Translations under genes and position numbers: made by a program
Part shown: positions 1 through 10,750 of the stretch, one piece after another
Numbering within the stretch: the first letter of the stretch is position 1
Layout: every line of letters starts with the position of its first letter
Assembly (NCBI GenBank): GCA_965262715.1
Contig: OZ253553.1
Location: 32,001 to 96,000 of the forward strand
Reading direction: 5' to 3'
DNA length: 64,000 nt
Origin: Bdellovibrionales bacterium
GTDB taxonomy: Bacteria > Bdellovibrionota > Bdellovibrionia > Bdellovibrionales > JAUICD01
Notes under the pieces: generated by a model
Told to the model about the DNA's origin: nothing
Seen by the model: the letters and a program-made list of their open reading frames with translations, nothing else
Database searches by the model: none

Positions 1-243
1 TAAACTTGCAAATATTTCATTTCAAAACATATTCTTCTAGGTCCTTAAAAAAAAGAGTAAATATAAACTCTATTTTAGGTTAAGTTTTTAATAACATGCC
101 GATAGTTAAATTATGAACTTGCTCTTTGTCTCTGTCTTTGGTGGTGGTCTGTACCCCATAAACTGGAGAGTTAAGTGATAAAGTAACTCACTTGAGATTC
201 CTGAATTTTAGCTATAAAAAGCTATAAGATCAGGAGGAAGATC

Positions 244-594
244 ATGGGCAAAGTAAGAAGACGATTTAATGTTGAATTTAAGGAAGCTATTTGTAAATCG
301 ATGCATGAAGGCAGATCTTTGTTAGAGATTTGCCGGGAGCATCAACTTCATCGCCAAACAGTCTTAGAGTGGTTTAAGAAGTATCAACAAGGGACACCTT
401 TGGGAAACCCTTCATCAAGGGAGAGATCTCTAGAGAGACAAATATATGCTCTTCAGGCAAAGGTAGGACAGCTCAGCTTAGAAAACGAGTTTTTAAAAAA
501 AGCCAAAAAGGAGCTTCAACAGAGGAAAAGCGTAGGATCGTCGGTAATCACTGGAAAGAATTTGGATCAATTTCAAAAACGTGTAAAGCGTTAG
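244..594 (+). CDS. IS3 transposase OrfA (HTH)
   Basis: RRRFNVEFK...ICREHQLHRQTVLEW HTH and LSLENEFLKKA end typical of OrfA; A7G slippery site at 495-502. Confidence 0.92.
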   Translation: MGKVRRRFNVEFKEAICKSMHEGRSLLEICREHQLHRQTVLEWFKKYQQGTPLGNPSSRERSLERQIYALQAKVGQLSLENEFLKKAKKELQQRKSVGSSVITGKNLDQFQKRVKR

Positions 595-1448
595 GGTTAC
601 CTTTAAGTAGCTACTATTACAAGAGAAAGATTTCACAGCAAGAGCGAGAGCAAAGGGATTTTGATTTGAAAGAGCAGATTGAGAGGATACAGTGTAAATA
701 CCCGATGTATGGAATACGTCGTATTCAATTGGAACTTGAGCAAGAGAAGAGTATTAAAGCCAACCACAAGAGGATTGCTCGCATTATGCGGAAATACGGT
801 TTAAAGGCTTTGATTTACAAAGGTTTTAAGGTTTCAACCACGGATTCTAAACATTCAAATCGAGTTTATCCGAATTTAACTTTTGGCATTGAAGTGAATA
901 GACCCAACCAGCTTTGGGTAACAGATATCACATACATTAGGATTCAAGATGGTTTTGTTTTTTTAGCAGTGATTTTAGATATTTTTTCAAGGAAGATTGT
1001 AGGGTGGGCTATTTCTAGAGAGATCAACACAGATCTTTGTTTAGGAGCTTTAGAGATGAGTTTAGATCAGAGATCAGATACTAAAGGATGTATTCATCAT
1101 AGTGATCAAGGTGTTCAATACACCAGTAAAGATTATACCTACAAGCTTAAAGAAAAAGGCTTTAAGATCAGTATGTCGAGAAAAGCCAATTGTTGGGATA
1201 ATGCATTTGTTGAATCTTTCTTTAGCTCTTTAAAACGAGAAGAGGTTCATCTGTGTGAATATAAAACTTTTGAAGATGTGTTAAGAAGTATTCCAAAGTT
1301 TATCGAAGGTATGTATAATAAAAAAAGGCGACATTCTTCATTAGGTTACTTATCACCTAATGAATTTGAAGCTAAATGGAAAACAGGAGAATTAACAACA
1401 ATGGGAATCTCAGCAGTGAGTAAAATATGGAACGGATCCTCCAAATAA
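498..1448 (+). CDS. IS3 transposase OrfB (DDE integrase core), probably expressed as OrfAB by -1 frameshift
   Basis: The -1 frame is open from the A7G site through 666 to 1448; motifs WVTDITYI, HHSDQGVQY, DNAFVESFF, YNKKRRHSSLGY. Confidence 0.92.
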   Translation, partial: KSQKGASTEEKRRIVGNHWKEFGSISKTCKALGLPLSSYYYKRKISQQEREQRDFDLKEQIERIQCKYPMYGIRRIQLELEQEKSIKANHKRIARIMRKYGLKALIYKGFKVSTTDSKHSNRVYPNLTFGIEVNRPNQLWVTDITYIRIQDGFVFLAVILDIFSRKIVGWAISREINTDLCLGALEMSLDQRSDTKGCIHHSDQGVQYTSKDYTYKLKEKGFKISMSRKANCWDNAFVESFFSSLKREEVHLCEYKTFEDVLRSIPKFIEGMYNKKRRHSSLGYLSPNEFEAKWKTGELTTMGISAVSKIWNGSSK

Positions 1449-3428
1449 AGGGTACACCTCATGGAGTGGCTCTTTTCAGTTTAACTGGTTTTATCCGTTA
1501 TACTTTATTATATCGCTCTAAAAGAGTACAAAGGTTGGAAAAGACACATTTTCCATCTTATGATATAGGAAGTTTTATTAAAGAGTTTCGTAAGCCGAAA
1601 TTAGATGCTCAGTCTGATGTCATTCAAGCTTCAAATATTTTGAATTCAAACAATTTAAAAACAAATCCAAAACACCATGATTTACCTATAGCTCCAGTTA
1701 TAGGTGATAGTGTTATTGCTGGAGCAAATGTATTTTATCAATATATGTGTATAGATAATCATGTCTATGAAGGGATATCTAGATTATCAGGTGAAAGTAT
1801 AGATAACTTTTCTGATCTATCAGCAAAAGTACATACTTATAGCAATGATTATCAAGGACTTACAGAGGGTGCTCTAAATAAGCTTAAAGGAAGTGTAGCT
1901 GAAAGCCATGTTGCTGAACATTTTAAGGAAGCTGGTGTAGAAGTAGTTTGGCCAGAATCTTCTAATCAAGAGGGATGGGATTTATTGTTAAATGGTAATC
2001 AAGTGAATGTCAAACTGGTCAGTGACGCTAATAATTTGGCAGAACACTTTAAAGAAAACTCTCAGATTCCTGTTGTGATCCCATCTGATGCAGATAATAT
2101 TCCAGAAACAGCATTTCATTTTGATCCCTCTGAAGGGGTAGATCATTTATTTGATTATCTTAAAGACAATCCTGAAAACGTAGTTATCGTAAATGAAAGT
2201 CTTTCTTCTGCAGATCTTACAGAGAGTGTTGAAGAAGGTACAGATTTTGCTTTAGGTGTTGATGAAGGTATTCCCGGCTTTAACTTTCCATTGGTCACAG
2301 CAGCTGTTTCAGGTTGGCGTGAAATCAAGCTTCTTGACAAGGGGCATACAGAAATGGAGACTTCTCTTAAAAATATAGGTCTCGATGTAGCTGGTATAGG
2401 AGTTGGCTTAGGTGTAGGGGCAGAGGCTGGTGCAGTGGTAGGCTCTCTTATTTTGCCCGGTATTGGAACAGCTATAGGTGGGGTTTTAGGGGGCCTATTT
2501 GGTGCTACTGTAGGTCGAGAGATCACAAATGATGTAAAAGAAGAACCCCTTAAAGAGGCAAAAAAGAAAATGAAAAAAACAGTTAAAAACCTTAAAAAAG
2601 AAACTCAAAAAACAGCTATAAAATATAAAAAGCAGTTTAATCAAGATCAGAAAATAGAGCAAAATGAATTAAAAAAACAAGCCCTTCAAGCAAAACAAAA
2701 AATTAATAATGAAGTCAAAAGTTTAAGACTGTGGTCTATAGAAAAAGAAAAACCTTCAAGACACTTAAAACAAAATTTATTGAAGAATATTTCTGATGAG
2801 GTTATGTCTATTAAACAATTAGAATGGAGTGACTATCTTTGGCCTAATCCACAAACAATTGTATGCCTAAAGAAAAGGAGCGTTATTAAAGCTTTAAGAG
2901 TGAAGATTGAAAATGATTCATATGTAGATAGAGCTAGTCTGTTTGAAATGTGTGCAAAAGAAGGCTTATGTCGTTCATATATTCTTTCTGATATAAAAAG
3001 AACAGAAGAAGACAGAAAAATGCATGAAAGTCAATTAACTGATAGTATTAGAGAAAAACAAGATACCTTGTTAAACCAACGCTTAACCAGTATGAAAAAA
3101 CTTTCCTCAAAAGTCACAGAATACACTCAGCAAATAAGAAAAGAGTTATCTCCTTATATTCATCAAGTTAAAATTTTTCAAGATTATGTTCAGAAAGAGG
3201 CTCGAAAGTTAGGAAAAAACATTGAAAAAGCAAAAGCTGCTTAGTAAATTTTTTGATGAACAGAATTAAAATAACATAAAGGTTAAGATGATTAATAATT
3301 AAAGTAATTTTTGAAAATATTCTATTAAAATAAAAGGGTATGGGGCTATATCTCTTATTTTCTAATAAACTTTATAGAATCAGACATTTATATCTATTTC
3401 TTTACAGTTATTAGAGAGGTTAAAAAGG

Positions 3429-4730
3429 ATGAATAATAAAGTATGCTCAAATTGTTTTATTGATAGTGGGTTAAGAGCTTATGTAAAAAATAATGGTAAA
3501 GATAGAGGTTGTACTTACTGTAAAAGCAAAGAAGTAAAAAGCCTAGACTTTCAAGCTTTAATAGACTTTATGTTTGAAGAGATTAAGAAAGTATATCCTC
3601 CTCAACCTAATTTACAGGCGCTAAATCCATCTCTAGATCATTTAACACATGTAATCACAGAAAATTTAACCCCTCTTTACAAAATAACAGAAAGAGATCT
3701 AACAGAAAAAGACCCTTTATTAACAGATATTATTACCTCTCTGAAGAATAAGTCACAGTATTGGTATGTTGAAAAAGACAAAGACGAAAGAATGATATGG
3801 CATCAATGGCGTCTATTTTCTCACAATATATCATATATAGATCGAATTTTTATTTCTGATGAGGATTTAAAGCTTTTGAAAACAATAGAAAAATTAATAA
3901 ATAAGTATAATTTAAAAACTATTTTAAAAAAAGAAAAAACCTTATTTCATAGAGCTAGAGCTTTTAAACAGAAATCAATTGCTAAGATGATTATAAATTA
4001 TGCAAATTTTCCTAAACCATCTGCCATAGAACACCAAAAAAATGGCCAAGTTATATATACAGCAAATTTAAATAAATCTACTCCACAGGAAATCAGAGAT
4101 ATATTATTGTCCATCTTAGGCCCTCCTTTATCAGAAGATATAAAAAATCAATCTACTCGTATTAGTCCTGCTGGCATACCCGTTTTTTATTGCTCCACTG
4201 ATCCAATTGTTGCCATAGGAGAAGTTGCTCTAAGTTGGGGAAAAAATATTAAGCAACAAAGCGGAGTTTGGGTAGGTGATAATATTCCAATAGCTGTATT
4301 CAATCTAAACAGAGACATCCCTATTATTGATTTCAGTAAAATTAATATTCCATCTTTTTTTGAAGCAAGCTCTAACAAAAAAGAAAGAAGTGAAATGGTA
4401 TTTTTATCTTTAATTATTAAATCTTTTTCTAATCCAATCAAAAAAGATGGCCGTGAACATACAGAATATGTACCAACACAAAATCTCTCTAATTTTTTAA
4501 AAAATCAGTTTTTTAGTTTTAGTTCATTAAAAAGTTGTCCATTAGGAATTAAATACCCAAGCGTAACGGATAAGGGAACAGAAGGTAAAGGATTCTCATA
4601 CGCATTTTTCATAAGAAGAGATGACCCACGTTTTGAAGACATCTTTTCATTAAAGTCTATACAAACTGCAAAATTTAAATCCGGACCTGTCATGGATAAT
4701 AATAAAGGCAGATATGTGCAGATATCTTAA
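3429..4730 (+). CDS. RES-domain protein with Cys-containing HEPN/RES-associated N-terminal domain
   Basis: VCSNCF..CTYCK N-terminus; FHRAR, RISPAGIPVFYCS..AIGEV, EYVPTQ, GIKYPS motifs. Confidence 0.8.
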   Translation: MNNKVCSNCFIDSGLRAYVKNNGKDRGCTYCKSKEVKSLDFQALIDFMFEEIKKVYPPQPNLQALNPSLDHLTHVITENLTPLYKITERDLTEKDPLLTDIITSLKNKSQYWYVEKDKDERMIWHQWRLFSHNISYIDRIFISDEDLKLLKTIEKLINKYNLKTILKKEKTLFHRARAFKQKSIAKMIINYANFPKPSAIEHQKNGQVIYTANLNKSTPQEIRDILLSILGPPLSEDIKNQSTRISPAGIPVFYCSTDPIVAIGEVALSWGKNIKQQSGVWVGDNIPIAVFNLNRDIPIIDFSKINIPSFFEASSNKKERSEMVFLSLIIKSFSNPIKKDGREHTEYVPTQNLSNFLKNQFFSFSSLKSCPLGIKYPSVTDKGTEGKGFSYAFFIRRDDPRFEDIFSLKSIQTAKFKSGPVMDNNKGRYVQIS

Positions 4731-4790
4731 TAATAATTCAGACACATCTCGACAATATAAATATTAACATTCCAAAGAAAGTTTAGAGTA

Positions 4791-6338
4791 ATGATTCAAA
4801 AAATAGCAAAAGACTATTTTAAAAATATTGAAGATGACCTTCTTAAAGAAGGCTTTAAGGCCTTTTCTAGAATTAGAAAATATGAAATAAGACAAAAAGA
4901 TCACAGAATAGAGCTATATATTCCACCTCCAAAAACATCTTCTGGAAAAATTCAATACCAGTGTCCTAATAGTAAGTGTAACCTTCAATTTTATATAGAA
5001 TTTCAATCTATAGAAAAAATATCAATGACATGTCCATATTGTGGAAAATCTTCTGAAGAAGAACAATTTGTATCAGAACAAAATAAAGTCAATATAATAG
5101 AAGAAGTTTGTTTCGCATTTTATCAAGACTGCTTAGAAATTTTTAAAAAATCATTTAAAAAAAGAATATATCAATTGCATCTTTTAAAACTATACAAAAC
5201 TAATAAAATTTTTGAAGAAGCTAAAGAATTGAGCTTTGGTATGCACAAGGCTTTTTTACTTTATTTCATAAAACCAAATAACGAAGAAGTTCCTAAATCA
5301 AGTCTATTGCTTACATTACGTGTTGGTACAGCGGTAGAGACAAAATTGTTACATAAAATAAAAAAACTTAAATTTGAAGATATAAAAAAGAAATTTAGTA
5401 TAGGCATTAATAATTACATTAAAAATCCCAATTATCCCAAAAAAGGCTCTCAATATTTTTCTATTGGTATTAATATCTCATATAAGTTGCCTTCAGAAAA
5501 GGTTAACCCTGTTAGAGAAGACCTTTTAAGGAATATTAAATGCATTAAGTGTTCGAATGAATACGGAATTTATGAGATAGGGTTTTTTTGTCCAATTTGT
5601 GGGACATATAATTTAAAACATCATTTTAATAGGGAAAAAGAATTGATAGAAAAACAATTAGAAGAAGCTGAGAAAAAAAAGAAAGAAGATAAAGAATACA
5701 GTTATCGTCTATTTGGGAATGCTCATGAAGATGTTCTAACAACTTTTGAAACCTATCTAAAAAAAATATTTTTTATGGTGAAATCTACAGTTTTCCAAAA
5801 TAGTTTTTATGAAAAAGATAATAATCAAAAACGTCTATCATTTCCTAACAACCTGTTTAAAACAACACTCTCAATAATAAGATTTTCTACTTTTTTCAAG
5901 AGCTCTTGCAAAAAAAATAACAATCAATATTATTTATCTTTTCAAAATATTAATAAAATAAAAAATCACTATAAACAAATTAAACTAAATCCATTCAGAT
6001 GTCTTACTAATAAAGAAAAGAAAGAACTTGAATTATATATTCAAGAACGACATCTCTTTGGACATAACCTAGGAATAGTTGATGAAAAATTTAAGAATAA
6101 ACATTATACTAAAGAAAGATTTAAAGAAAATATAATCTTAATAAATAATGAAACAATCCTATATTTTCTTTCTATCTGTCAAAAAGTTATTTTTTCTATC
6201 TCAGATGAAATAGAAAAAAGGTGCTGGATACAAAAAAAGACTTTTAATCTTAATTTATCTAAAGAAGTTAATCTGTTAGAAGACGACTTAGAAGTTATTG
6301 AATTACTCAAAAAATCTTGTTATTTAAAAGAACAATAG
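4791..6338 (+). CDS. Zinc-ribbon protein with C-terminal HEPN-like RxxxxH motif
   Basis: CPNSKC, CPYCG, CIKC and CPICG pairs; ERHLFGHNLG motif. Confidence 0.6.
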   Translation: MIQKIAKDYFKNIEDDLLKEGFKAFSRIRKYEIRQKDHRIELYIPPPKTSSGKIQYQCPNSKCNLQFYIEFQSIEKISMTCPYCGKSSEEEQFVSEQNKVNIIEEVCFAFYQDCLEIFKKSFKKRIYQLHLLKLYKTNKIFEEAKELSFGMHKAFLLYFIKPNNEEVPKSSLLLTLRVGTAVETKLLHKIKKLKFEDIKKKFSIGINNYIKNPNYPKKGSQYFSIGINISYKLPSEKVNPVREDLLRNIKCIKCSNEYGIYEIGFFCPICGTYNLKHHFNREKELIEKQLEEAEKKKKEDKEYSYRLFGNAHEDVLTTFETYLKKIFFMVKSTVFQNSFYEKDNNQKRLSFPNNLFKTTLSIIRFSTFFKSSCKKNNNQYYLSFQNINKIKNHYKQIKLNPFRCLTNKEKKELELYIQERHLFGHNLGIVDEKFKNKHYTKERFKENIILINNETILYFLSICQKVIFSISDEIEKRCWIQKKTFNLNLSKEVNLLEDDLEVIELLKKSCYLKEQ

Positions 6339-6711
6339 ATCATTTTTAACTTTAATAAAAATTAAGTCTATATTTGTCTTAAAGAGATAAATATTTTTTA
6401 GAAGATTTTACACAAATTGTGGTAGTTAATTATAATAAAAGATTTTTTGCAATATAAACAGCACCAATTCTTACAAGCTATGCTTGTGCTGCAAGTAGTA
6501 AGGCTGGAGCAAATACAATACCTATCTCCATTTCCATTCTTATCTCTTAAATCATCAGAAAGGTAGCTTTGTGTTAGTGAGCTTTTTGGCAAGGTCTTCT
6601 GAGGATGAAAATCCCTTTTTAATTCTATTAACAGTCACTTTCTCAACATCAAATAAAATCTCCTTAGCACAATAACTTGATCCAAGTAGCAATGAGATAT
6701 TTATAATCAAT

Positions 6712-6908
6712 CGTAACTTCAAATCACAAGTGCAACTCTTTTGTGTTTATAGATATTTTTAAAAGTTGTATCATTTTAAGATTAATATTTCAACAAAGTT
6801 TTAATTATCATGAAAGATTATTGTAAATTATTTAATTTGAATGAATGTATTTTGATGTTTATGGCAAAGCCAAAGTAGTCCTTAAGCTAAAGCTCTGCGG
6901 AAGAACGA
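6712..6908 (-). mobile_element. Solo right end of the IS30 element
   Basis: Near-exact reverse complement of ~12235-12432, including IR CGTAACTTCAAATCACAAGTGCAAC. Confidence 0.85.
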
Positions 6909-7151
6909 CAAAATATAAATGGAAAAGCCTGTTCAATAGAATGTCCCTTTTTTACGTTATTTATTTGTATTTAACGAAAAAATGGAACATATCTTTTATA
7001 AGGTCGTTAAATGATCAATTGGAACTGAATTCAATTAAAAAGAACCAAAACGATGAAGTCAGGAGAAAAGGCCAAAATAAGCTCCATAGAGTAAGAATAC
7101 AAATGCACTTTCAATAGACTGTCCAATTATTTTTGGAGCTTGTCTTTTTAT

Positions 7152-7604
7152 CTAAAAAACTGATTTAAATATTCTTATTAGAGGTGTATCAGGAAGAGTT
7201 GTAGAAGGTTCTTTTTCAATTTTTTCTCTAACATCCTTTAACTTCTTGTTGACAGCATCAATATCTACAAAAGATTGGAAATATTTAGTAACCTTATCAA
7301 GAAAGGCTTCTTCTTCTTGACTCATAACACGATCTTTCCAGAAAAGTAGACGAGTAAAATAAACAGATTGGGATCGATGACCTGGCTCTGTGATTTTAGG
7401 TAAAATTTCATCTATGGATGCTGGATCTTTCAGCTCTTTTCTTAATATTTGTTTTTCATTTTCATCTAGTTCTAGAGATTTAATGTAAGAGTTTATCATG
7501 TCTACTTCTTTTTCATGCACATTATGATCAACATGAACTGCTAAAACCACTAATCTCCACATATTAAAGAAACTTTCTGATGACATTACTAAAAACCTCC
7601 TCAA
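7152..7604 (-). CDS. TerB-like / DUF533-like helical protein
   Basis: LAVHVDHNVHEKE and WKDRVMSQEEEAFL resemble the two DG.v...E repeats of TerB-like folds. Confidence 0.55.
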   Translation of the reverse strand: MRRFLVMSSESFFNMWRLVVLAVHVDHNVHEKEVDMINSYIKSLELDENEKQILRKELKDPASIDEILPKITEPGHRSQSVYFTRLLFWKDRVMSQEEEAFLDKVTKYFQSFVDIDAVNKKLKDVREKIEKEPSTTLPDTPLIRIFKSVF

Positions 7605-8340
7605 ACTAACTTATTATTATAACTTTTCTACTTGAAAACAACAAAAACTATACCTTATAAAGCTTGCTCCTGACTCGAAGTTTTTCCCTGAGTAAGAACA
7701 CTTCCTCGATCACTGCCATATCTGTAGTATATCTATGGCAATGACAAACATAACGATCTCCACAAAGTTCGAGCCTTGACGCTGATGCCACTGCTTCACT
7801 GTTCCGATGAAAAATTATCCTCTATCGCCTGTTATTGCACTACAGATTGTCATATTGAATCAGTAAGAAATATTATATCCTACTAAATACCAAAATTCAA
7901 TTTTTCTTAAGATATTATGATAAAAATTCTTAAAGAAGCAAAAGCAGATATTGATTTTTACTCTAACAAGGCAAAAGCTTATAAAAAACTTCTAGAATCT
8001 GCAATAAAGACTTTGCTATATTTCAAAGAAAGAACTAAAGAAAAACTAAAAACAAGTCCTGGCTTCATCGTTTTACACATACTTCATTTAATAATTTTAA
8101 TAGTTTATGTGTTTCAGGTGTCACTACATTTGCTTGTTATTTGAGAGAGCTTTGGAAGTGTATGTTAAGTTAGTTTTTGTCTTCTCCTATAAGTTTTGTT
8201 TGAGAAAATTTGATATTAAGAGCTTCATAAATATGTCTTTGAAGGTTTGTGACATTTGAAGGTAGAATAAATTTTCTTCCTGTTATCTTATCCAAATCAT
8301 GAGTGGAGATATCTAGTATTTCAGTTACTCTACTAATTTC

Positions 8341-8485
8341 ACTCAAAATAAACCAGCCTCTGGCTGTTTTTGGGCAATCAGCGTGATGGTTAACACCATC
8401 AGCAAAATGCTGATTGCCTCAAAAATTTGTTTATTTTGAGTAGATAGATACTCTTCTTTTTTTACACAATATTAAGGAAAATTTA
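8341..8485 (-). repeat. Solo diverged copy of the structured repeat core (reverse orientation)
   Basis: Nested inverted repeats ACTCAAAATAAAC/GTTTATTTTGAGT, GGCAATCAGC/GCTGATTGCC and TGATGGT/ACCATCA. Confidence 0.8.
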
Positions 8486-8568
8486 TCTTTTTTTATAATA
8501 TGCAATAATGGTCCTCAAATCTACAAGTATCTAAAAAATATAAAAGCAATATTAATGAAATTAAGATA

Positions 8569-8596
8569 TTGACTTTGTTAATTTTTAGTATATACT
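8569..8596 (+). promoter_or_regulatory. Sigma70-like promoter of brnTA
   Basis: TTGACT-N16-TATACT upstream of ATG 8633. Confidence 0.5.
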
Positions 8597-8632
8597 GAAA
8601 ATATGATGATATGCCTGCGGCAGTTTTAGAAC

Positions 8633-8923
8633 ATGAAATTTGAATGGGATGAAAATAAATCAAAGCAAAACTTAAAAAAGCATGGAATCCACTTCTTTCT
8701 AGCAGTCACTGTTTTTGATGATCCTTTTGCTTTAATTGCGCCAGATGAAAAACATTCTACTGCAACTGAAAAACGAAAGTGGATTATAGGAAAATCTGAT
8801 AAAGGAGTTCTCGTTGTTGTTTTTACTATAAGGCTTCATCAAACTTATCGCATCATTAGTGCTAGAAAAGCAAATAAAAAGGAGAGAGAAAATTATGAAA
8901 AATATAAAAGAATTTCCATTTGA
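8633..8923 (+). CDS. brnT: BrnT family toxin
   Basis: MKFEWDENKSKQNLKKHGI..F...VFDDP...RIISARKA. Confidence 0.92.
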   Translation: MKFEWDENKSKQNLKKHGIHFFLAVTVFDDPFALIAPDEKHSTATEKRKWIIGKSDKGVLVVVFTIRLHQTYRIISARKANKKERENYEKYKRISI

Positions 8924-9161
8924 AAAATCTAGACGTATTACAGAAAAAGAAGCTTCTGCTGCTGCAAAAGCTATTGAAAAAGTAACAGGTAAAAAACGTC
9001 AGGCAAGAGGAAGGCCTATAAAGATAGAAAAAGACAAATATATTCCTATTTCTATCAGATTACATCCAAGAGTTTTAAAATGGGCTAAAAGAGAAGCAAA
9101 AGAAAGAAAAATAGGTTACCAAAGTATCATAAATGAAATATTAATGAAAAAATCTATTTAA
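8895..9161 (+). CDS. brnA: BrnA family antitoxin (start placed at ATG 8895)
   Basis: RGRP...ISIRLHPRVLKW...GYQSIINEIL; overlaps the brnT end. Confidence 0.85.
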   Translation: MKNIKEFPFEKSRRITEKEASAAAKAIEKVTGKKRQARGRPIKIEKDKYIPISIRLHPRVLKWAKREAKERKIGYQSIINEILMKKSI

Positions 9162-9260
9162 GTTTCAATAATCGTTGATTTTCCATATGTAATTTATAGG
9201 TTTTATTTGTATTAATTACAACCTATTTATTACATTTCTTTTTTTCAACAATATATTTTT

Positions 9261-9730
9261 TAAATCATTAGAAAGGTAGCTTTGTGTTAGTGAGCTTTCT
9301 GGCAAACCTTTCTGAGGATGAAAGTCCTTTTTTAGTCCTACCTGTGGTTAATTTCTCAACATCAAATAAAAGCTCTTTGGCGTGGGTAACCTGATCTAAA
9401 TAGCAATGATATGTTTATGATAATTTTAATGAGTGTTTTCATTATTTCCTCCTGTTTTTAAAAATTTGTGTATATTCTTTATAATTTTGTGTTTTCTTAA
9501 AGCTCTTAAAATAGAGCTTTTTGACCATGAAGATTGAGTTAGCTCCTCAATATCACGAGTGGAAAGCTTGAAATCAACATAGAGTTTCCATAATATTTTA
9601 ACGCTTTTTTTTTTTGGAGTGTTAAGAAAATGTGTAATAAATAAAGATACATGGCCAGAATCATAAGTGGAGATATCTAATACTTCCCTTACTCCATCAT
9701 ACCAACCAATATGCAATAATGGTACTCAAA
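9261..9730. repeat. ~450-bp dispersed direct repeat ('cassette-boundary' element), full copy; other copies at ~6549-6711, 14310-14480, 15675-15750, 22240-22660, 26820-26987, 29095-29287, 29695-29890, 41375-41565, 50908-51326, 58865-59315, 63315-63425
   Basis: Shared blocks AAATCATYAGAAAGGTAGCTTTGTGTTAGTGAG, CAACATCAAATAAAA..CTTGGCGTGGGTAACCTGATC, CAATATCACGAGTGGAAAGCTTGAGATC and TGTGTAATAAATAAAGATACATA; all in the same orientation; minus strand carries a decayed HTH ORF. Confidence 0.9.
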
Positions 9731-9917
9731 CTAGCAAGCAGTTGAAGAATCGTTTTAGGAGACAAACTTAAATTGTGCATTCTTGATCCATTTCCATTTT
9801 TTAATAAATTAATTTCTTTAAACCAATGTGTTAATTACTAAATTAAAAAGCGTTCTGTCTTGACAACAAAACTTAAAATCTATTTTTAGAAAAAGTTCGG
9901 ATTAGTTTCAACAGTGT

Positions 9918-10748
9918 TTATAAATCTAATTGTCTATAAGTCCTTTTTACTATTCGAAAAACATTTTCATATTCAGGTAATTCTTTAAACATTTGAATTG
10001 AAAGCCTCTTATCCCATAATTTTTTAAGACGTTTTTCTTTTTTTAGAAATTCACCACTTCTTTCTTTAAGTGAACTACCCTTAAATTTTAATTTTCTATC
10101 AACATATTCATTAAGGTTATCTAAATCTACTTTTGCTTCAGAAATGAGATAATAGAAATCAAATAAATCTCTAGGTTCGTTTCTAAATGGTGTAAAAAGT
10201 GTACAAGTTTTCTCAATAGCAATTTCTTTCAATGAATAAACTCTTACAGTTGGATTTTGTAGAAAGTCAGAATATTCTTCATAAGTTTTAATAATACTTT
10301 TTTCTTCCACAGAATCAACTAAAATCTCCCTATAAGTGATATCAATCTTTATTTCTTTTGCTTTCCCTGGAAATGGACCAATATAAGAGATATAAAAGGT
10401 GTGAGTGTTATATGTTGATATCTCTTGCCTAACATGGCTAAACTGAATCCCCACTTCTTTCTTTATCTAAGAGAAAGTTGCTTCGAACTCCTTTAAAATT
10501 TCTTTAAGAGATATTTCTTGTATAAGTGTGAAATCTAAGTCTTCCGAAAAACAATAATCGCTGAAATAACAACGTCTAAGAGCTGTACCTCCTTTAAAAA
10601 TAAGATGGTCCCTTAACTTTGAATTGGAAAGACCAAATAAAAACCATGCAAGACAGTAATCTTTTTCAATAACAGCTTCAGGGACCTTACGCATTCCATC
10701 TTGATAAACCCTATTTGAAATAAGTGAAATATTTCTTTGTGGAATCAA
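9918..10748 (-). pseudogene. abiEii: AbiEii/AbiGii nucleotidyltransferase toxin with in-frame TAG at 10467-10469
   Basis: IEKDY, FKGGTAL..Y....FSEDLDF, EK and PRDLFD motifs; the two ORFs (10467..10748, 9918..10454) are in the same frame. Confidence 0.85.
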
Positions 10749-10750
10749 AC

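Larger units (their letters stand above)
145..1461 (+). mobile_element. IS3-family insertion sequence, apparently complete
   Basis: Imperfect terminal IRs TGGTCTGTACCCCATAAACTGGAG (145-) and ...CTCCAAATAAAGGGTACACCTCA (-1461); TG...CA ends; 3-bp target duplication TGG at 142-144 and 1462-1464; orfA/orfB inside. Confidence 0.93.
113..3244 (+). pseudogene. Membrane-associated protein with glycine-zipper, coiled-coil and possible PD-(D/E)XK-like segment; interrupted by IS3 at codon 11 (body 1427/1462..3244)
   Basis: Removing the IS and one TGG joins ATG113 (MNLLFVSVFG) in frame to GVALFSLTG...; GxxxG run GIGVGLGVGAEAGAVVGS..GIGTAIGGVLGGLFG. Confidence 0.75.

Noticed and set aside
6845..8144. 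ORFs 6845..7117 and 7917..8144
   Set aside because: The first begins in an IS30 end remnant; neither has recognisable motifs or translation signals
9426..9716. Short minus-strand ORFs within the 450-bp repeat (also 22424, 22560, 26685, 29167, 29790, 51226, 59051) as functional genes
   Set aside because: Frames break at different places in each copy; treated as decayed parts of the repeat
10467..10469. TAG reassignment or readthrough (in-frame TAG here and at 57431)
   Set aside because: TAG ends many apparently intact genes (e.g. 3244, 6338, 20998, 36546), and other genes are broken by frameshifts, so ordinary decay is the simpler explanation
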